From contig SKVW01000180.1 of assembly GCA_007129255.1 (NCBI GenBank), positions 1-56,148 of the forward strand: 56,148 bases of DNA, read 5' to 3'. Positions 1-10,183 of this stretch are shown here, piece after piece; position 1 is the stretch's first letter, and the number at the start of each line of letters is the position of its first letter. Source of the stretch: Bacteroidales bacterium (GTDB taxonomy: Bacteria; Bacteroidota; Bacteroidia; Bacteroidales; UBA7960). The notes beneath the pieces are model-generated. The model ran no database searches, was not told the origin of the DNA, and saw only the letters and a program-made list of their open reading frames with translations. The position numbers and the translations under genes are program-made.

Positions 1-93
1 AAAACAGGCGTAAGAAATGCTTTCTTTTTCACAATGAGTTTATTTCATGTCAGGTAAGTATTGAACGGCCGTAAACAAGAGATATTGTTTTTA

Positions 94-741
94 TTATGGG
101 GCCAGTCTATGCATTTTCCAGCTTTTGCCAGAGGCATAATACAGCAGGCGGTCGTGCAAACGACTCCGTCGGCCCTGCCAGAATTCAATTTTTTCAGGGG
201 TCAGCCGGTATCCGCCCCAATGGTCAGGTCTTTTGATAGCTGTCTGACCTTTAAACCGGCTTTCAGCTTCCTTGAATTTTTTTTCCAAAAAACGCCTGTC
301 GGGGATGGGTTGGCTTTGGGGTGAGGCAATGGCGCCGATACGGCTCTCCCATGGACGGGAATTAAAGTAAGCATCCGACTCCCGGGGGGAAAGTTTTTCA
401 ACAACTCCTACCACCCTTACCTGGCGCTGAAGCTCAAGCCAGAGAAAAACAAGGGCTGCATGAGGGTTTTGCGCCAGATCTTTTGCCTTGTTGCTTAAAT
501 AATTGGTGTAAAAAACGAATCCTTTTTGGTCAAGCTCTTTTAAAAGAACCACCCTGGCCGAGGGTACACCATGCTGATCCACTGTAGCCAGGGTCATGGC
601 ATTGGGTTCAGGTAAAAAGCTTTCAAGGGCTTGTTCAAACCACTGGTTAAATTGCTCCAGGGGATTGGGAGCGGCGCTTTTTTCATCAAGGGAAGCACGG
701 GTATACTCTTCCCGTAAAGCTGAAAGATCTCTCTTTACCAT
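94..741 (-). CDS. pdxH: Pyridoxamine 5'-phosphate oxidase
   Basis: Motifs [50 protein letters not shown]. Confidence 0.97.
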   Translation of the reverse strand: MVKRDLSALREEYTRASLDEKSAAPNPLEQFNQWFEQALESFLPEPNAMTLATVDQHGVPSARVVLLKELDQKGFVFYTNYLSNKAKDLAQNPHAALVFLWLELQRQVRVVGVVEKLSPRESDAYFNSRPWESRIGAIASPQSQPIPDRRFLEKKFKEAESRFKGQTAIKRPDHWGGYRLTPEKIEFWQGRRSRLHDRLLYYASGKSWKMHRLAP

Positions 742-747
742 AAATTG

Positions 748-1764
748 TTATTGACAAAAACTTTTAGAGGCTTCTGCAAACAGTTTATCTTTATCAACAG
801 GAACCACCCCAACATGTTCACAAACCAACCCTCCTCCAAGGTTGCAAAGCCTGGCGGTCATTTCAGCTGACGCACCAGAAGCCATGCAAAGCGCAGCCAG
901 GCCGATCACCGTGTCCCCGGCCCCGGATACATCTGCAATATCGCGAACATGAGCCGGAATATGGCCCTCTTCCAATATTTTGCCGTTGGTGTGCTGGCTG
1001 TAATATATTCCCCGGTCCGAAAGGGTCACAAGGGCAATATCGGCTTCAAGTTTCCATTGCAGATTATGTAATGCCTGCTTTATTTCTTCAATGGTTTTGG
1101 GTGCTTCTATTAGCTTTAAGCCTTCTACCAATTCTTTTAGGTTGGGTTTAAATAAATTTACATCCTTGTAATTCCAGAAATTTTTCTTTTTTGGATCTAC
1201 AACCACAGGCAATTTATGAAATTTTGCTAGTTTGTTCACTTCCCGGATCAGCCAGGGAGTAATTACCCCTTTATCGTAATCTTCAAATACAATGGCAGCG
1301 GCCTTTTTTGCTTCAATAAAAGTTTTTATCCTCTCATAAAGCAGGAGGGTTTCCTTTTTTGGCAGGCTGAACTCCACTTCTTCATCTACCCTCAACATTT
1401 GGGTGTTATTGCCGATAACACGGTATTTAACGGTGGTGATCCTTTGATCGCTGGCAATGATCCCTTCGTTGGTCAATCCCTGTTTTTCAAGAAGTTCAAA
1501 AAAAACCTCACTTTTTTCATCCTTCCCGATTACCGAACATAGAATGGGAACCCCTCCCATATTCTGAACATTCAAAGCCACATTGGCGGCACCTCCAAGT
1601 CGGCTTTCCCTTTTGTCGAGGGCAACGATTGGAACAGGGGCTTCCGGGGATATGCGATCTACCCGACCCCAGAGGTAAGAATCGATCATTACATCCCCGA
1701 TGATCAGCATATGCTTTCCCTCAAAGGAATCAAACAGGGTTAAGAGTGTATTTTTATTCATCAT
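748..1764 (-). CDS. PfkB-family D-glycero-beta-D-manno-heptose-7-phosphate kinase (HldE/RfaE kinase domain only)
   Basis: IGDVMIDSY..G.VDRISPEAPVP, GGAANVA, DYDKG, KPNLKE and DVSGAGDT motifs; no C-terminal adenylyltransferase domain. Confidence 0.9.
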   Translation of the reverse strand: MMNKNTLLTLFDSFEGKHMLIIGDVMIDSYLWGRVDRISPEAPVPIVALDKRESRLGGAANVALNVQNMGGVPILCSVIGKDEKSEVFFELLEKQGLTNEGIIASDQRITTVKYRVIGNNTQMLRVDEEVEFSLPKKETLLLYERIKTFIEAKKAAAIVFEDYDKGVITPWLIREVNKLAKFHKLPVVVDPKKKNFWNYKDVNLFKPNLKELVEGLKLIEAPKTIEEIKQALHNLQWKLEADIALVTLSDRGIYYSQHTNGKILEEGHIPAHVRDIADVSGAGDTVIGLAALCMASGASAEMTARLCNLGGGLVCEHVGVVPVDKDKLFAEASKSFCQ

Positions 1765-1781
1765 TTAAGTAAGCCAAAAAA

Positions 1782-2975
1782 TTATTTAAGTGTTTGCAGG
1801 GCTTTTTTAATCCTGTCCACGGCTTCTATAAGCAGGTCTTGTGAAGTGGCATAAGAGAACCGGAGGCAGTTTGGAGAACCGAAGGCATCTCCCGGAACCA
1901 GGGCTACATGCACTTTGTTTAAAATAAACATGCAAAGATCCGGGGCATTTTTTATGGTGGTTTCCCCATCGGATTTTCCGAAATAAGCGCTCACATCGGG
2001 AAACAGGTAAAAAGCCCCGTTGGGTTGGTTGGTTTGCAATCCTGGAATGTCTTTCAGAAGGCTGAGCACCAGGTCACGCCTTTGGCGAAATTTCTCAAGC
2101 ATGCCCTTTGTTTCTTCCGGATCCATTTGCATGGCTTCCAGGGCAGCCCGTTGTGCAATGGAGCAGGTGCCCGAAGTAAACTGACCCTGCAATTTGCTGC
2201 AGGCTTTGGCGATTTCTGCATTGGCGGCAAGGTAACCCACTCGCCATCCCGTCATGGCAAATCCTTTGGAAACCCCGTTAACCAATATTACCCGGTCTTT
2301 GATCTCCGGAAATTGCGCTATGCTTTCGTGTTTGCCGGAAAAGTTAATATGTTCGTATATTTCATCAGAAAGTATATAAACATGAGGGTAACGGTTGAAA
2401 ACATCAGCCAGGGCCCTTAATTCTTCTTTATTGTATACCGATCCGGTGGGATTACAAGGGCTGGAAAACATAAAAAGCCTGGTGTTGGCTGTAATGGCGT
2501 TTTCAAGTTGGACAGGGGTAATTTTGAAATTGTTTTCAATGCCGGCTTCCAGGTATATCTCTTTACCATCGGCCATATTTACAATCTGCTTGTAACTGAC
2601 CCAATAGGGGGTAGGAATGATCACTTCATCACCGGGATTTACCAGGCACATTACTGTATTGGCAATGGCTTGCTTGCCGCCGGTAGAAACAACTATATGC
2701 TCGGCATCATAGTCCAGACCATTGTCCCGTTTGAGTTTGCCGGAAATTTCCTGGCGCAGATCAAGGTAGCCGTTCACCGGGGTGTAAAAACTATAATTTT
2801 GATCAATGGCGTTTTTTGCGGCTTCCTTAATCCTGTCAGGAGTAAAAAAATCAGGCTCTCCAAGGCTAAGGTTGATCACATCATGTCCTAAAGCTTTCAG
2901 CTCCCTGCTTTTTCTGGCCATGGCAAGGGTCTCAGATTCTGTTAATCGGTTAATTCTGTCGGATAAAGTAATCAT
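1782..2975 (-). CDS. aspC: PLP-dependent aminotransferase class I/II (aspartate aminotransferase-like)
   Basis: GEPDF, SPCNPTG, SDEIY and SKGFAMTGWRVG (PLP lysine) motifs. Confidence 0.9.
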   Translation of the reverse strand: MITLSDRINRLTESETLAMARKSRELKALGHDVINLSLGEPDFFTPDRIKEAAKNAIDQNYSFYTPVNGYLDLRQEISGKLKRDNGLDYDAEHIVVSTGGKQAIANTVMCLVNPGDEVIIPTPYWVSYKQIVNMADGKEIYLEAGIENNFKITPVQLENAITANTRLFMFSSPCNPTGSVYNKEELRALADVFNRYPHVYILSDEIYEHINFSGKHESIAQFPEIKDRVILVNGVSKGFAMTGWRVGYLAANAEIAKACSKLQGQFTSGTCSIAQRAALEAMQMDPEETKGMLEKFRQRRDLVLSLLKDIPGLQTNQPNGAFYLFPDVSAYFGKSDGETTIKNAPDLCMFILNKVHVALVPGDAFGSPNCLRFSYATSQDLLIEAVDRIKKALQTLK

Positions 2976-3047
2976 GATAATATGCTAATTTTTTTATCGG
3001 AGTGAATAATGGTTTGATTTTAGGTTGTTTATAGAATTGTAAACCGG

Positions 3048-3055
3048 CAAATTTA
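3048..3055 (-). promoter_or_regulatory. Bacteroidota -7 promoter box (TAAATTTG) for aspC-kinase-pdxH
   Basis: Matches TAnnTTTG about 70 nt upstream of aspC; a second match (TATATTTG) lies at 3114-3121. Confidence 0.55.
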
Positions 3056-3140
3056 GCAAATTAACCGCTCACAAAAAAAAATAAAGCGGTTTTCGGTGCC
3101 TTGTATGCTTGGGCAAATATACTTTTCTTTCAAAAGACCT

Positions 3141-3148
3141 TATATTTG
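3141..3148 (+). promoter_or_regulatory. Bacteroidota -7 promoter box (TATATTTG)
   Basis: TATATTTGCA about 20 nt upstream of ATG 3170. Confidence 0.65.
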
Positions 3149-3169
3149 CAAACATAAAACTTATTTTTT

Positions 3170-3685
3170 ATGCAGGATTTATTGTATTCTTTAAGGTATG
3201 TATTGCCTTCGGTAGTGGTGTTTTTAACGGCTTATTACCTGCTAAGGGAGTTTTTTCAGAACCAAAGCCGGCAGCGCAAATTTGACCTGATGGGCGAAAA
3301 GATCCGTATTTCGCTTCCATTGCGGTTGCAGGCTTATGAACGGATTATTTTATTACTTGAACGTATTTCTCCTAATAGCCTGGTGATGAGGGTATATCAA
3401 CCTGGACTGTCGGTCAAGGAATTTCACCAACTGTTAATAAAAAGCATCAGGGACGAATTTTCCCACAATCTTTCCCAGCAACTTTATGTTTCTATCCAGG
3501 CGTGGGAAATGGTAAAAAATGCCAAAGAGGAAATGATACGCCAGATCAACACCTCTGCTGCCAGGCTGGATGAGAAGGCAACGGCAACAGATTTAAGCAA
3601 TAAATTGCTGGAAATGAGTGTTGAAAAACTGGCCACCAGGCGTGCCCTGGATTTTTTGAAGGAAGAAGCCAGGAAAAATTTCTGA
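3170..3685 (+). CDS. Conserved hypothetical protein with N-terminal membrane anchor
   Basis: 171-aa ORF, hydrophobic N-terminus, LRLQAYER segment, own promoter box. Confidence 0.8.
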   Translation: MQDLLYSLRYVLPSVVVFLTAYYLLREFFQNQSRQRKFDLMGEKIRISLPLRLQAYERIILLLERISPNSLVMRVYQPGLSVKEFHQLLIKSIRDEFSHNLSQQLYVSIQAWEMVKNAKEEMIRQINTSAARLDEKATATDLSNKLLEMSVEKLATRRALDFLKEEARKNF

Positions 3686-3762
3686 GAAAACTATAATGTA
3701 TATATGTTTTAACCTGAGAAGGGTGAACAGATTTCGGAAATTTAAAAAATTACCTCCTGAAT

Positions 3763-3969
3763 ATGAAGATTACATTGAATAACCGCCCGGAAGAGATTCC
3801 CGGGAAGACCCAAATGACAGTAAGGGAATTGCTGGACTACAAAAATTTTACCTTTAAATTCCTCGCTGTACGGATTAATGGTGTTCCGGTTAAACCCAAC
3901 GAATTTGAAAAGGCGGTGTTTAAAGACGGAGACATTGTTTTTGTGCTCCATCTTATTAGTGGGGGGTAA
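3763..3969 (+). CDS. thiS: ThiS/MoaD-family sulfur carrier protein
   Basis: 68 aa, MKITLN start, AVRING, GD-x-V and C-terminal Gly-Gly. Confidence 0.85.
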   Translation: MKITLNNRPEEIPGKTQMTVRELLDYKNFTFKFLAVRINGVPVKPNEFEKAVFKDGDIVFVLHLISGG

Positions 3970-4002
3970 AACCTTTTGAGACCTGAGTCTTTAAGCTTGT
4001 AA

Positions 4003-5418
4003 TTATCTTGGTAAAGAGGAATTAAGGTGTTTTATGCCAATCAGGCGGTCGTGCAATGCGCCCGGCTGGCGATGGTAAATAAAAACAGTGTAGTCATTTT
4101 CCGTTTCGGAATGACTCCCCTCAATAAAATCAAGGCTGGCCTCGCTTTCACTGTCTTCCTTAAATGCATAAAGATAATTATAGTATCCTTGTTTTAACAG
4201 CAGTTCTATTTCATATTCTTTTTCGTTGTAGTTATAAGTCATTTGATTCCTTTCCGAAAACTGCCAATCGGTGAGTTCGCCCATGATATAAATTCCTCCG
4301 GAGGCCAAAGGAGTTTCCATGGGGAGTCGGAAATGCACATGGGCATAGTCTCCCTCAAGCATATCATCAGCCGCATCATAATTTTTTATCTGAAATTTTC
4401 CATTGATATCCTCCCGGGATGTATACCTGCGGTATTTTCTCCTTTGATCGGGAAGCAAAAACACATCATTATGGCGGGAAGAAGTGCTGATATCTGCCAC
4501 CCGGGCCGATAAATGCCTGAGACTCCGGATATCGAAATCCCGGAACTCGTTCCCCGCTTCAAACAAGGTTTCTACATCATAATCATAAATCAGCTGGTTG
4601 CCCCTGACCGATCGCGGGGACAGGTCTTTGATGGCATTGTCCCAGCGGCCGTTTTGCGTGATCACTATCCTGATATCCTGGAATGGGTTATCAATGCGGT
4701 AATTTGGCGAATTAATGGAAAAGGTTACCTGGTGTTTGGTGTCTCTGTAGCGCACAAGGTCTGCCTGCCTGGCCTGCCCTTCAACCTGAAGCTGCTGTTC
4801 GAAAATCATAAAGCGCCGGGTAAAGGCAATATTTTCCCGATCTCCATCAAGGAAAACTTTCAGTATATAATTTCCGGATTTGGTAGGGCGGAGATCATGG
4901 TTCGGAAACTCCAGGTAATAATGGGTATATGGCACACGGGTATTAATGGAGCGTGAATAATCGCGGATCTGGTCCTCATAAAATCCTTCAATATATTCAT
5001 ATTGCTGCAGGGGGGAAGGTTGCCAATGGGCATCACAATGAATAATGGTATAGTAATAGTTTTTATAATCTGCGTCGAGGTCATCAAAACGCAACACCAG
5101 CTTTTCGTTAGTGCCCATGCGAATCAATGGTGGGGCCATTTCAAAGCCCTTTTTATTAAACAAAACCGTTTGGATGTTGTTTTTATGGATGAAATCGCCA
5201 AAAAGAAAAAAATCTTTAATAACTTTAGTTTCCTTTTCAGGCGATCGTTTTGATTCAATGGCCTCAGTGCCTGAAAGATTTTTTTCTGGAGAAAATGATC
5301 TGGATTCCGCACTGGTTCCAATCACCAATAAGGTTAAAACAAACAATGGAAGGGAGGCCTCCAAACGAGCGTTTAACCTATAAAATGCGGGCTTTAAGGG
5401 AAATAAGTAGCTGAACAT
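4003..5418 (-). CDS. DUF5103 / type IX secretion system plug-like protein (start uncertain)
   Basis: LRFDDL, HCDAHW, SGNY, NEFRDFD, LKQGYYNY and ETENDY motifs characteristic of DUF5103; signal-like hydrophobic stretch near the N-terminus. Confidence 0.8.
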   Translation of the reverse strand: MFSYLFPLKPAFYRLNARLEASLPLFVLTLLVIGTSAESRSFSPEKNLSGTEAIESKRSPEKETKVIKDFFLFGDFIHKNNIQTVLFNKKGFEMAPPLIRMGTNEKLVLRFDDLDADYKNYYYTIIHCDAHWQPSPLQQYEYIEGFYEDQIRDYSRSINTRVPYTHYYLEFPNHDLRPTKSGNYILKVFLDGDRENIAFTRRFMIFEQQLQVEGQARQADLVRYRDTKHQVTFSINSPNYRIDNPFQDIRIVITQNGRWDNAIKDLSPRSVRGNQLIYDYDVETLFEAGNEFRDFDIRSLRHLSARVADISTSSRHNDVFLLPDQRRKYRRYTSREDINGKFQIKNYDAADDMLEGDYAHVHFRLPMETPLASGGIYIMGELTDWQFSERNQMTYNYNEKEYEIELLLKQGYYNYLYAFKEDSESEASLDFIEGSHSETENDYTVFIYHRQPGALHDRLIGIKHLNSSLPR

Positions 5419-5523
5419 GGAGCTTTTTAAAAAATATACTGAAACTGGTAATCCGTTCGTTTAAACAAATCTAATTAAAAACGAAATTCTGGCAAAAACA
5501 TTTTAAGTATTTAAAAATATGAA

Positions 5524-5531
5524 TAATTTTG
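5524..5531 (+). promoter_or_regulatory. -7 promoter box (TAATTTTG) for the nqr operon
   Basis: TAnnTTTG match about 35 nt upstream of the nqrA ATG. Confidence 0.65.
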
Positions 5532-5565
5532 CCTCTCATATTTGTATTAAAAACAACGTCCAAAG

Positions 5566-6927
5566 ATGTCACAAGTGATCAAGATCAAAAAAGGGTTGGA
5601 TATTCGTTTACAGGGCGAAGCGGAAAAAATCTTGGAAACAGCTCCGCGCTCTGAGGTTTATGCCCTTAAGCCCCCTGATTTCCATGGTCTTTTCCCTAAA
5701 ATGATGGTAAAAGAAGGGGAGAAAGTGAAAGCCGGTACACCCTTGTTTTTTGATAAATACAACGAAAAAGTTTTATTTACGGCACCGGTAAGCGGTATAT
5801 ACAAAGAACTGGTAAGGGGGGCAAAGCGCCGTATTCTGGAAGTAAATATCACGCCCGATGCAGAAACGGATCATTTAGACTTTAAAATTGGTTCCCTTGG
5901 GGATATGGACCGACAGGAAATTGTTGACAAGATGTTGCAAAGCGGATTATGGCCCATGGTTCACCAAAGGCCTTATTCGGTCATTGCCAATCCTGAAGAT
6001 AAACCCAAAGCTATATTTGTTTCCGGATTTAACACTGCCCCCCTGGCTCCCGACTTTGATTTTATTATAAAGGGTCAGGAAGACCATTTTCAGAAAGGGT
6101 TGGATGCATTAGCCAGATTGACGGATGGCGATGTACACCTCAGCATTGATGCGGAAAATACCCGGTCCAATGCACTCCAAAATGCCAAAGGTGTTAAAGT
6201 TCATCAGTTTTCCGGACCCCATCCCGCAGGAAATGTCGGAATTCAGATTCATCATATCGACCCTGTTGATAAAGGAGATATTGTGTGGTATGTCGACTTT
6301 CAGGATGTGATCATTATCGGTCGTTTTTTCGAAAAAGGAATTTATGACCCTTCGAAAATAATTGCCCTTACCGGGTCTGAAGTGCTTAACCCAAGATATT
6401 ACCGGGTGATCACCGGGGCAAAAATTTCCGACATTACCAGGGATAATATCCGTCAGGAAAAAGAGGTGAACAAAAGATTTATTAGTGGGGATGTTTTAAC
6501 AGGTGATAAAGTTGATCCCAATGGATTCCTCGGTTTTTACGATAACCAGGTAACGGTAATTCCTGAAGGTGATAAACCCGAATTTATGGGTTGGCTTATT
6601 CCTTCACCCGAAAAATTCAGTGTTTCCAGGACTTTCTTTTCTTTTTTGATGCCATGGAAAAAATACCGGATCAACACCAATATCCGCAGTGGCGAAAGGC
6701 CTTTTGTCATTACCGGGATTTACGAAAAAGTACTGCCCATGGAAATTATGCCCATGCAGTTGATTAAATCCATTATGATCAATGACATTGACATGATGGA
6801 AAAGCTTGGCATTTACGAAGTGGCCCCTGAAGATTTTGCCTTGTGTGAGTTTGTTTGTCCTTCAAAGATTGAAATGCAAACCATTATCCGCGAAGGCCTT
6901 GATACTATGCAGCGTGAGTTTTCCTGA
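5566..6927 (+). CDS. nqrA: Na+-translocating NADH:quinone reductase subunit A
   Basis: IKKGLDIRL, GPHPAGNVG and EDFALCEFVCPSK motifs; first gene of the nqr operon. Confidence 0.97.
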   Translation: MSQVIKIKKGLDIRLQGEAEKILETAPRSEVYALKPPDFHGLFPKMMVKEGEKVKAGTPLFFDKYNEKVLFTAPVSGIYKELVRGAKRRILEVNITPDAETDHLDFKIGSLGDMDRQEIVDKMLQSGLWPMVHQRPYSVIANPEDKPKAIFVSGFNTAPLAPDFDFIIKGQEDHFQKGLDALARLTDGDVHLSIDAENTRSNALQNAKGVKVHQFSGPHPAGNVGIQIHHIDPVDKGDIVWYVDFQDVIIIGRFFEKGIYDPSKIIALTGSEVLNPRYYRVITGAKISDITRDNIRQEKEVNKRFISGDVLTGDKVDPNGFLGFYDNQVTVIPEGDKPEFMGWLIPSPEKFSVSRTFFSFLMPWKKYRINTNIRSGERPFVITGIYEKVLPMEIMPMQLIKSIMINDIDMMEKLGIYEVAPEDFALCEFVCPSKIEMQTIIREGLDTMQREFS

Positions 6928-6973
6928 TTCAAACGGATTGTGATTTGTTTTAGAAATAAAAAAGTACAGAACA

Positions 6974-8128
6974 TTGAAACCATTACAAAATTTAGTTGAG
7001 AAGGTTAAGCCCCATTTTGAAAAGGGAGGGAGGTTTGAAAAGTTTTATCGGTCTTTTGAAGCTTTTGAAACTTTTCTGTTTGTGCCGGGCAATGTTACCA
7101 CAAGGGGTAGTCACATTCGCGATGCCATGGACATGAAGCGTACCATGGTGCATGTGATCATTGCCTTGGTACCCGTCCTGTTATTTGGCATGTGGAATGT
7201 TGGTTATCAACATTTCAAAGCCATTGGGGTTGAAGCCGAATTTATTGACCAGTTTGTTTATGGTCTGATAAAGGTGTTGCCCATTGTGATAGTCAGCTAT
7301 GCAGCGGGCCTTGCCATTGAGTTCATTTTTGCAAGCATTCGTGATCATGAAGTCAATGAGGGATTCCTGGTTTCCGGTATGTTGATTCCTCTGATAATAC
7401 CTGCTTCTACTCCTTTATGGATGGTAGCTGTTGCAACCATTTTTGCTGTGATCATCGGCAAGGAGGTTTTCGGGGGCACGGGTATGAACATCCTGAACCC
7501 TGCCTTGCTGGCCAGGGCATTTCTGTTTTTCGCTTACCCCTCTTACCTTTCAGGGGAGGTGTGGATAGCCGGCACTGCGGAGCAACTCGACGGGGTTTCC
7601 GGGGCTACACCCCTGGCCGTTCTGGCCATTGGCGAAGGAGATATGCCCTCTGCCATGGAAATGTTTTTAGGAACCATTCCCGGGTCCATTGGTGAAACCT
7701 CAACAGTGGCCATCCTTTTGGGAGCCATTGTGCTGGTGGTAACTGGTGTTGGCAGCCTGCGCATTATGCTTTCTGTTGTGGCAGGAGGGCTCCTGATGGG
7801 GGGGATTCTCAACCTGGTCGCGGTCAATGAATTTATGGAAATCCCGCCTTACTATCATCTGATTATGGGAGGCTTTGCCTTTGGTACCGTTTATATGGCG
7901 ACAGATCCGGTGTCGGCTTCACAGACCGGAGTCGGAAAGTATATCTACGGCTTACTGATTGGGGTACTTACGGTACTTATCAGGGTGGTAAACCCTGCCT
8001 ATCCCGAAGGAATGATGCTGGCCATTCTGTTTATGAATGTATTTGCACCACTGATTGACCATTATGTGGTTCAGTCTCACATTAAAAAACGAATGCAACG
8101 CATGGAAAAAATCCCTGCAAAAGCTTAA
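6974..8128 (+). CDS. nqrB: Na+-NQR subunit B (TTG start)
   Basis: HIRDAMDMKR, KEVFGGTG, SGAT flavinylation motif, GSIGETS, MATDPVS; multi-TM. Confidence 0.97.
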   Translation: MKPLQNLVEKVKPHFEKGGRFEKFYRSFEAFETFLFVPGNVTTRGSHIRDAMDMKRTMVHVIIALVPVLLFGMWNVGYQHFKAIGVEAEFIDQFVYGLIKVLPIVIVSYAAGLAIEFIFASIRDHEVNEGFLVSGMLIPLIIPASTPLWMVAVATIFAVIIGKEVFGGTGMNILNPALLARAFLFFAYPSYLSGEVWIAGTAEQLDGVSGATPLAVLAIGEGDMPSAMEMFLGTIPGSIGETSTVAILLGAIVLVVTGVGSLRIMLSVVAGGLLMGGILNLVAVNEFMEIPPYYHLIMGGFAFGTVYMATDPVSASQTGVGKYIYGLLIGVLTVLIRVVNPAYPEGMMLAILFMNVFAPLIDHYVVQSHIKKRMQRMEKIPAKA

Positions 8129-8153
8129 CTTTAAACAGGAAAACCAATAAAAC

Positions 8154-8846
8154 ATGAGTAACCGGTATATATTTTTATACGCATCTGCAATGGTAATCAT
8201 TGTAGCCCTTGTGCTTTCGGGTGCCGCCACCTTGCTGAGGCCCTTACAGGAAAGAAACATGCGCATTGAAAAAATGCAGAATATCCTGTCTACCATCAAT
8301 ATTCCTGCACCCAGGGGTGAAGCTGAGGAACTTTTTGATCGCTATATCATAGAAACCAAAATTGTCAATTACCAAGGAGAAGAAGTGGAAGGCGATGCTT
8401 TTGAGGTGGATCTTCAGGACGAAAACCGCAAGGATCCTTCAGAACGTGATCTTCCGGTTTTTATCGCCGAAGTGGATGGCGAAAATTACTACATCATGCC
8501 TGTAAGGGGCGGAGGGCTATGGGGACCCATATGGGGCTATATCAGCCTGGAATCGGATTTGGCCACTATTTATGGAGCCAATTTCGATCATGCAAGCGAA
8601 ACCCCGGGCCTTGGAGCCGAAATTGCCGATAGGGAGTTTGAAGAGCAGTTCAGAGGCAAACGGATTTTTGACGAAGACTCAAACTTTCGTTCGGTGCGCG
8701 TGGTTAAGGGCCGCGCCCCCGAAGATGATCCCCATGCTGTTGACGGTATCAGCGGAGGAACCATTACTTCAAACGGGGTTCAACGAATGTTGAGAGACGG
8801 GCTCGGAATTTATGAACCGTATTTTAAAAAAATCAGAACATCATGA
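8154..8846 (+). CDS. nqrC: Na+-NQR subunit C
   Basis: GLWGPIWGY, ETPGLG and DGISGGTITS FMN attachment motif. Confidence 0.97.
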   Translation: MSNRYIFLYASAMVIIVALVLSGAATLLRPLQERNMRIEKMQNILSTINIPAPRGEAEELFDRYIIETKIVNYQGEEVEGDAFEVDLQDENRKDPSERDLPVFIAEVDGENYYIMPVRGGGLWGPIWGYISLESDLATIYGANFDHASETPGLGAEIADREFEEQFRGKRIFDEDSNFRSVRVVKGRAPEDDPHAVDGISGGTITSNGVQRMLRDGLGIYEPYFKKIRTS

Positions 8847-9502
8847 GCGAAAATAATAGCATGCCAAAAGAAAGTTTGTTGTCTCCCCGCAATAAAAAAC
8901 TGCTGACAGATCCGCTCGGGAAAGACAACCCCATCAATGTACAGGTATTGGGGATCTGTTCTGTGTTGGCCATTACCGTTCAGCTCAGGACCTCCCTGGT
9001 AATGGCCATATCGGTGGTGGCTGTGATGGGTTTTGCGAATGTGATTATTTCCCTGCTTCGCAGTACCATTCCCCCAAGGATCCGGATCATTGTTCAGCTT
9101 ACGGTGATTGCATCCCTTGTTATTTTGGTAGACCAAATACTTAAAGCTTTTGTTTACGATATCAGCAGGCAGCTTTCTGTATTTGTGGGGCTAATCATTA
9201 CCAACTGTATCATTATGGGGCGCCTGGAAGCTTTTGCCCTGAACAATAAACCCTGGCCTTCATTTCTGGATGGAATTGGAAATGCCGCCGGTTACGGATG
9301 GGTATTGCTTGCCGTGGGGTTTTTCCGGGAGGTGTTTGGTTCAGGCACCCTGATGGGTTATGCAGTAATTCCGCAATTTTTATACGACATCGGCTATGAG
9401 GATAACGGCCTGATGATCCTGCCGCCCATGGCGCTGATCACTGTGGGTATTATCATATGGGTGCAACGGTATAAAGACCGCAGGTTGATCGATATCAGCT
9501 AA
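8843..9502 (+). CDS. nqrD: Na+-NQR subunit D
   Basis: QVLGICSVLAIT and GLIITNCIIMGR motifs; ATGA overlap with nqrC. Confidence 0.97.
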   Translation: MSENNSMPKESLLSPRNKKLLTDPLGKDNPINVQVLGICSVLAITVQLRTSLVMAISVVAVMGFANVIISLLRSTIPPRIRIIVQLTVIASLVILVDQILKAFVYDISRQLSVFVGLIITNCIIMGRLEAFALNNKPWPSFLDGIGNAAGYGWVLLAVGFFREVFGSGTLMGYAVIPQFLYDIGYEDNGLMILPPMALITVGIIIWVQRYKDRRLIDIS

Positions 9503-9535
9503 AACCCTTTTTGCTAATCAAAAAATGGTCAAAAA

Positions 9536-10153
9536 ATGGAAGAGTTATTAAACATATTTGTCAAGTCGATATTTATCGACAACATGATATTTGCTTATTT
9601 CCTTGGAATGTGTTCTTACCTTGCGGTATCCAGAACGGTAAACACCAGTGTGGGCCTGGGCTTTGCAGTGATCTTTGTACTTGGCTTCACCGTACCCATT
9701 AATTTTCTTCTGGAAAATTACATATTGGGAAGGGGCGCCCTTTCCTGGCTGGGGCCGCAGTTTGCGGCTGTTGACCTGAGTTTTCTCACCTTTATTATGT
9801 TTATTGCCATTATTGCCGCCATGGTGCAGCTTGTGGAAATGATCATTGAAAAACTCAGCCCCACGCTTTACAGCTCCCTGGGTATTTTTCTTCCACTGAT
9901 TGCGGTTAACTGTGCCATTCTTGGAGGATCCCTGTTTATGCAGGAGCGCAACTATGCCAATATCTCTGAAGCCATCTCTTTTGGCCTGGGAAGCGGGGTA
10001 GGTTGGTTCCTGGCCATTGTGGGCATTGCAGCCATCCGGGAAAAAATCAGGTATTCCAATGTGCCTGCACCCTTGCGTGGCCTGGGAATTACCTTCATTA
10101 TTACCGGTTTGATGGGTATTGCTTTTATGAGCTTTATGGGTATTGAATTATAA
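9536..10153 (+). CDS. nqrE: Na+-NQR subunit E
   Basis: FLGMCSYLAVS and LPLIAVNCAILG motifs. Confidence 0.97.
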   Translation: MEELLNIFVKSIFIDNMIFAYFLGMCSYLAVSRTVNTSVGLGFAVIFVLGFTVPINFLLENYILGRGALSWLGPQFAAVDLSFLTFIMFIAIIAAMVQLVEMIIEKLSPTLYSSLGIFLPLIAVNCAILGGSLFMQERNYANISEAISFGLGSGVGWFLAIVGIAAIREKIRYSNVPAPLRGLGITFIITGLMGIAFMSFMGIEL

Positions 10154-10183
10154 TAATCAGAAATTTTGAAAACACCTATTATC

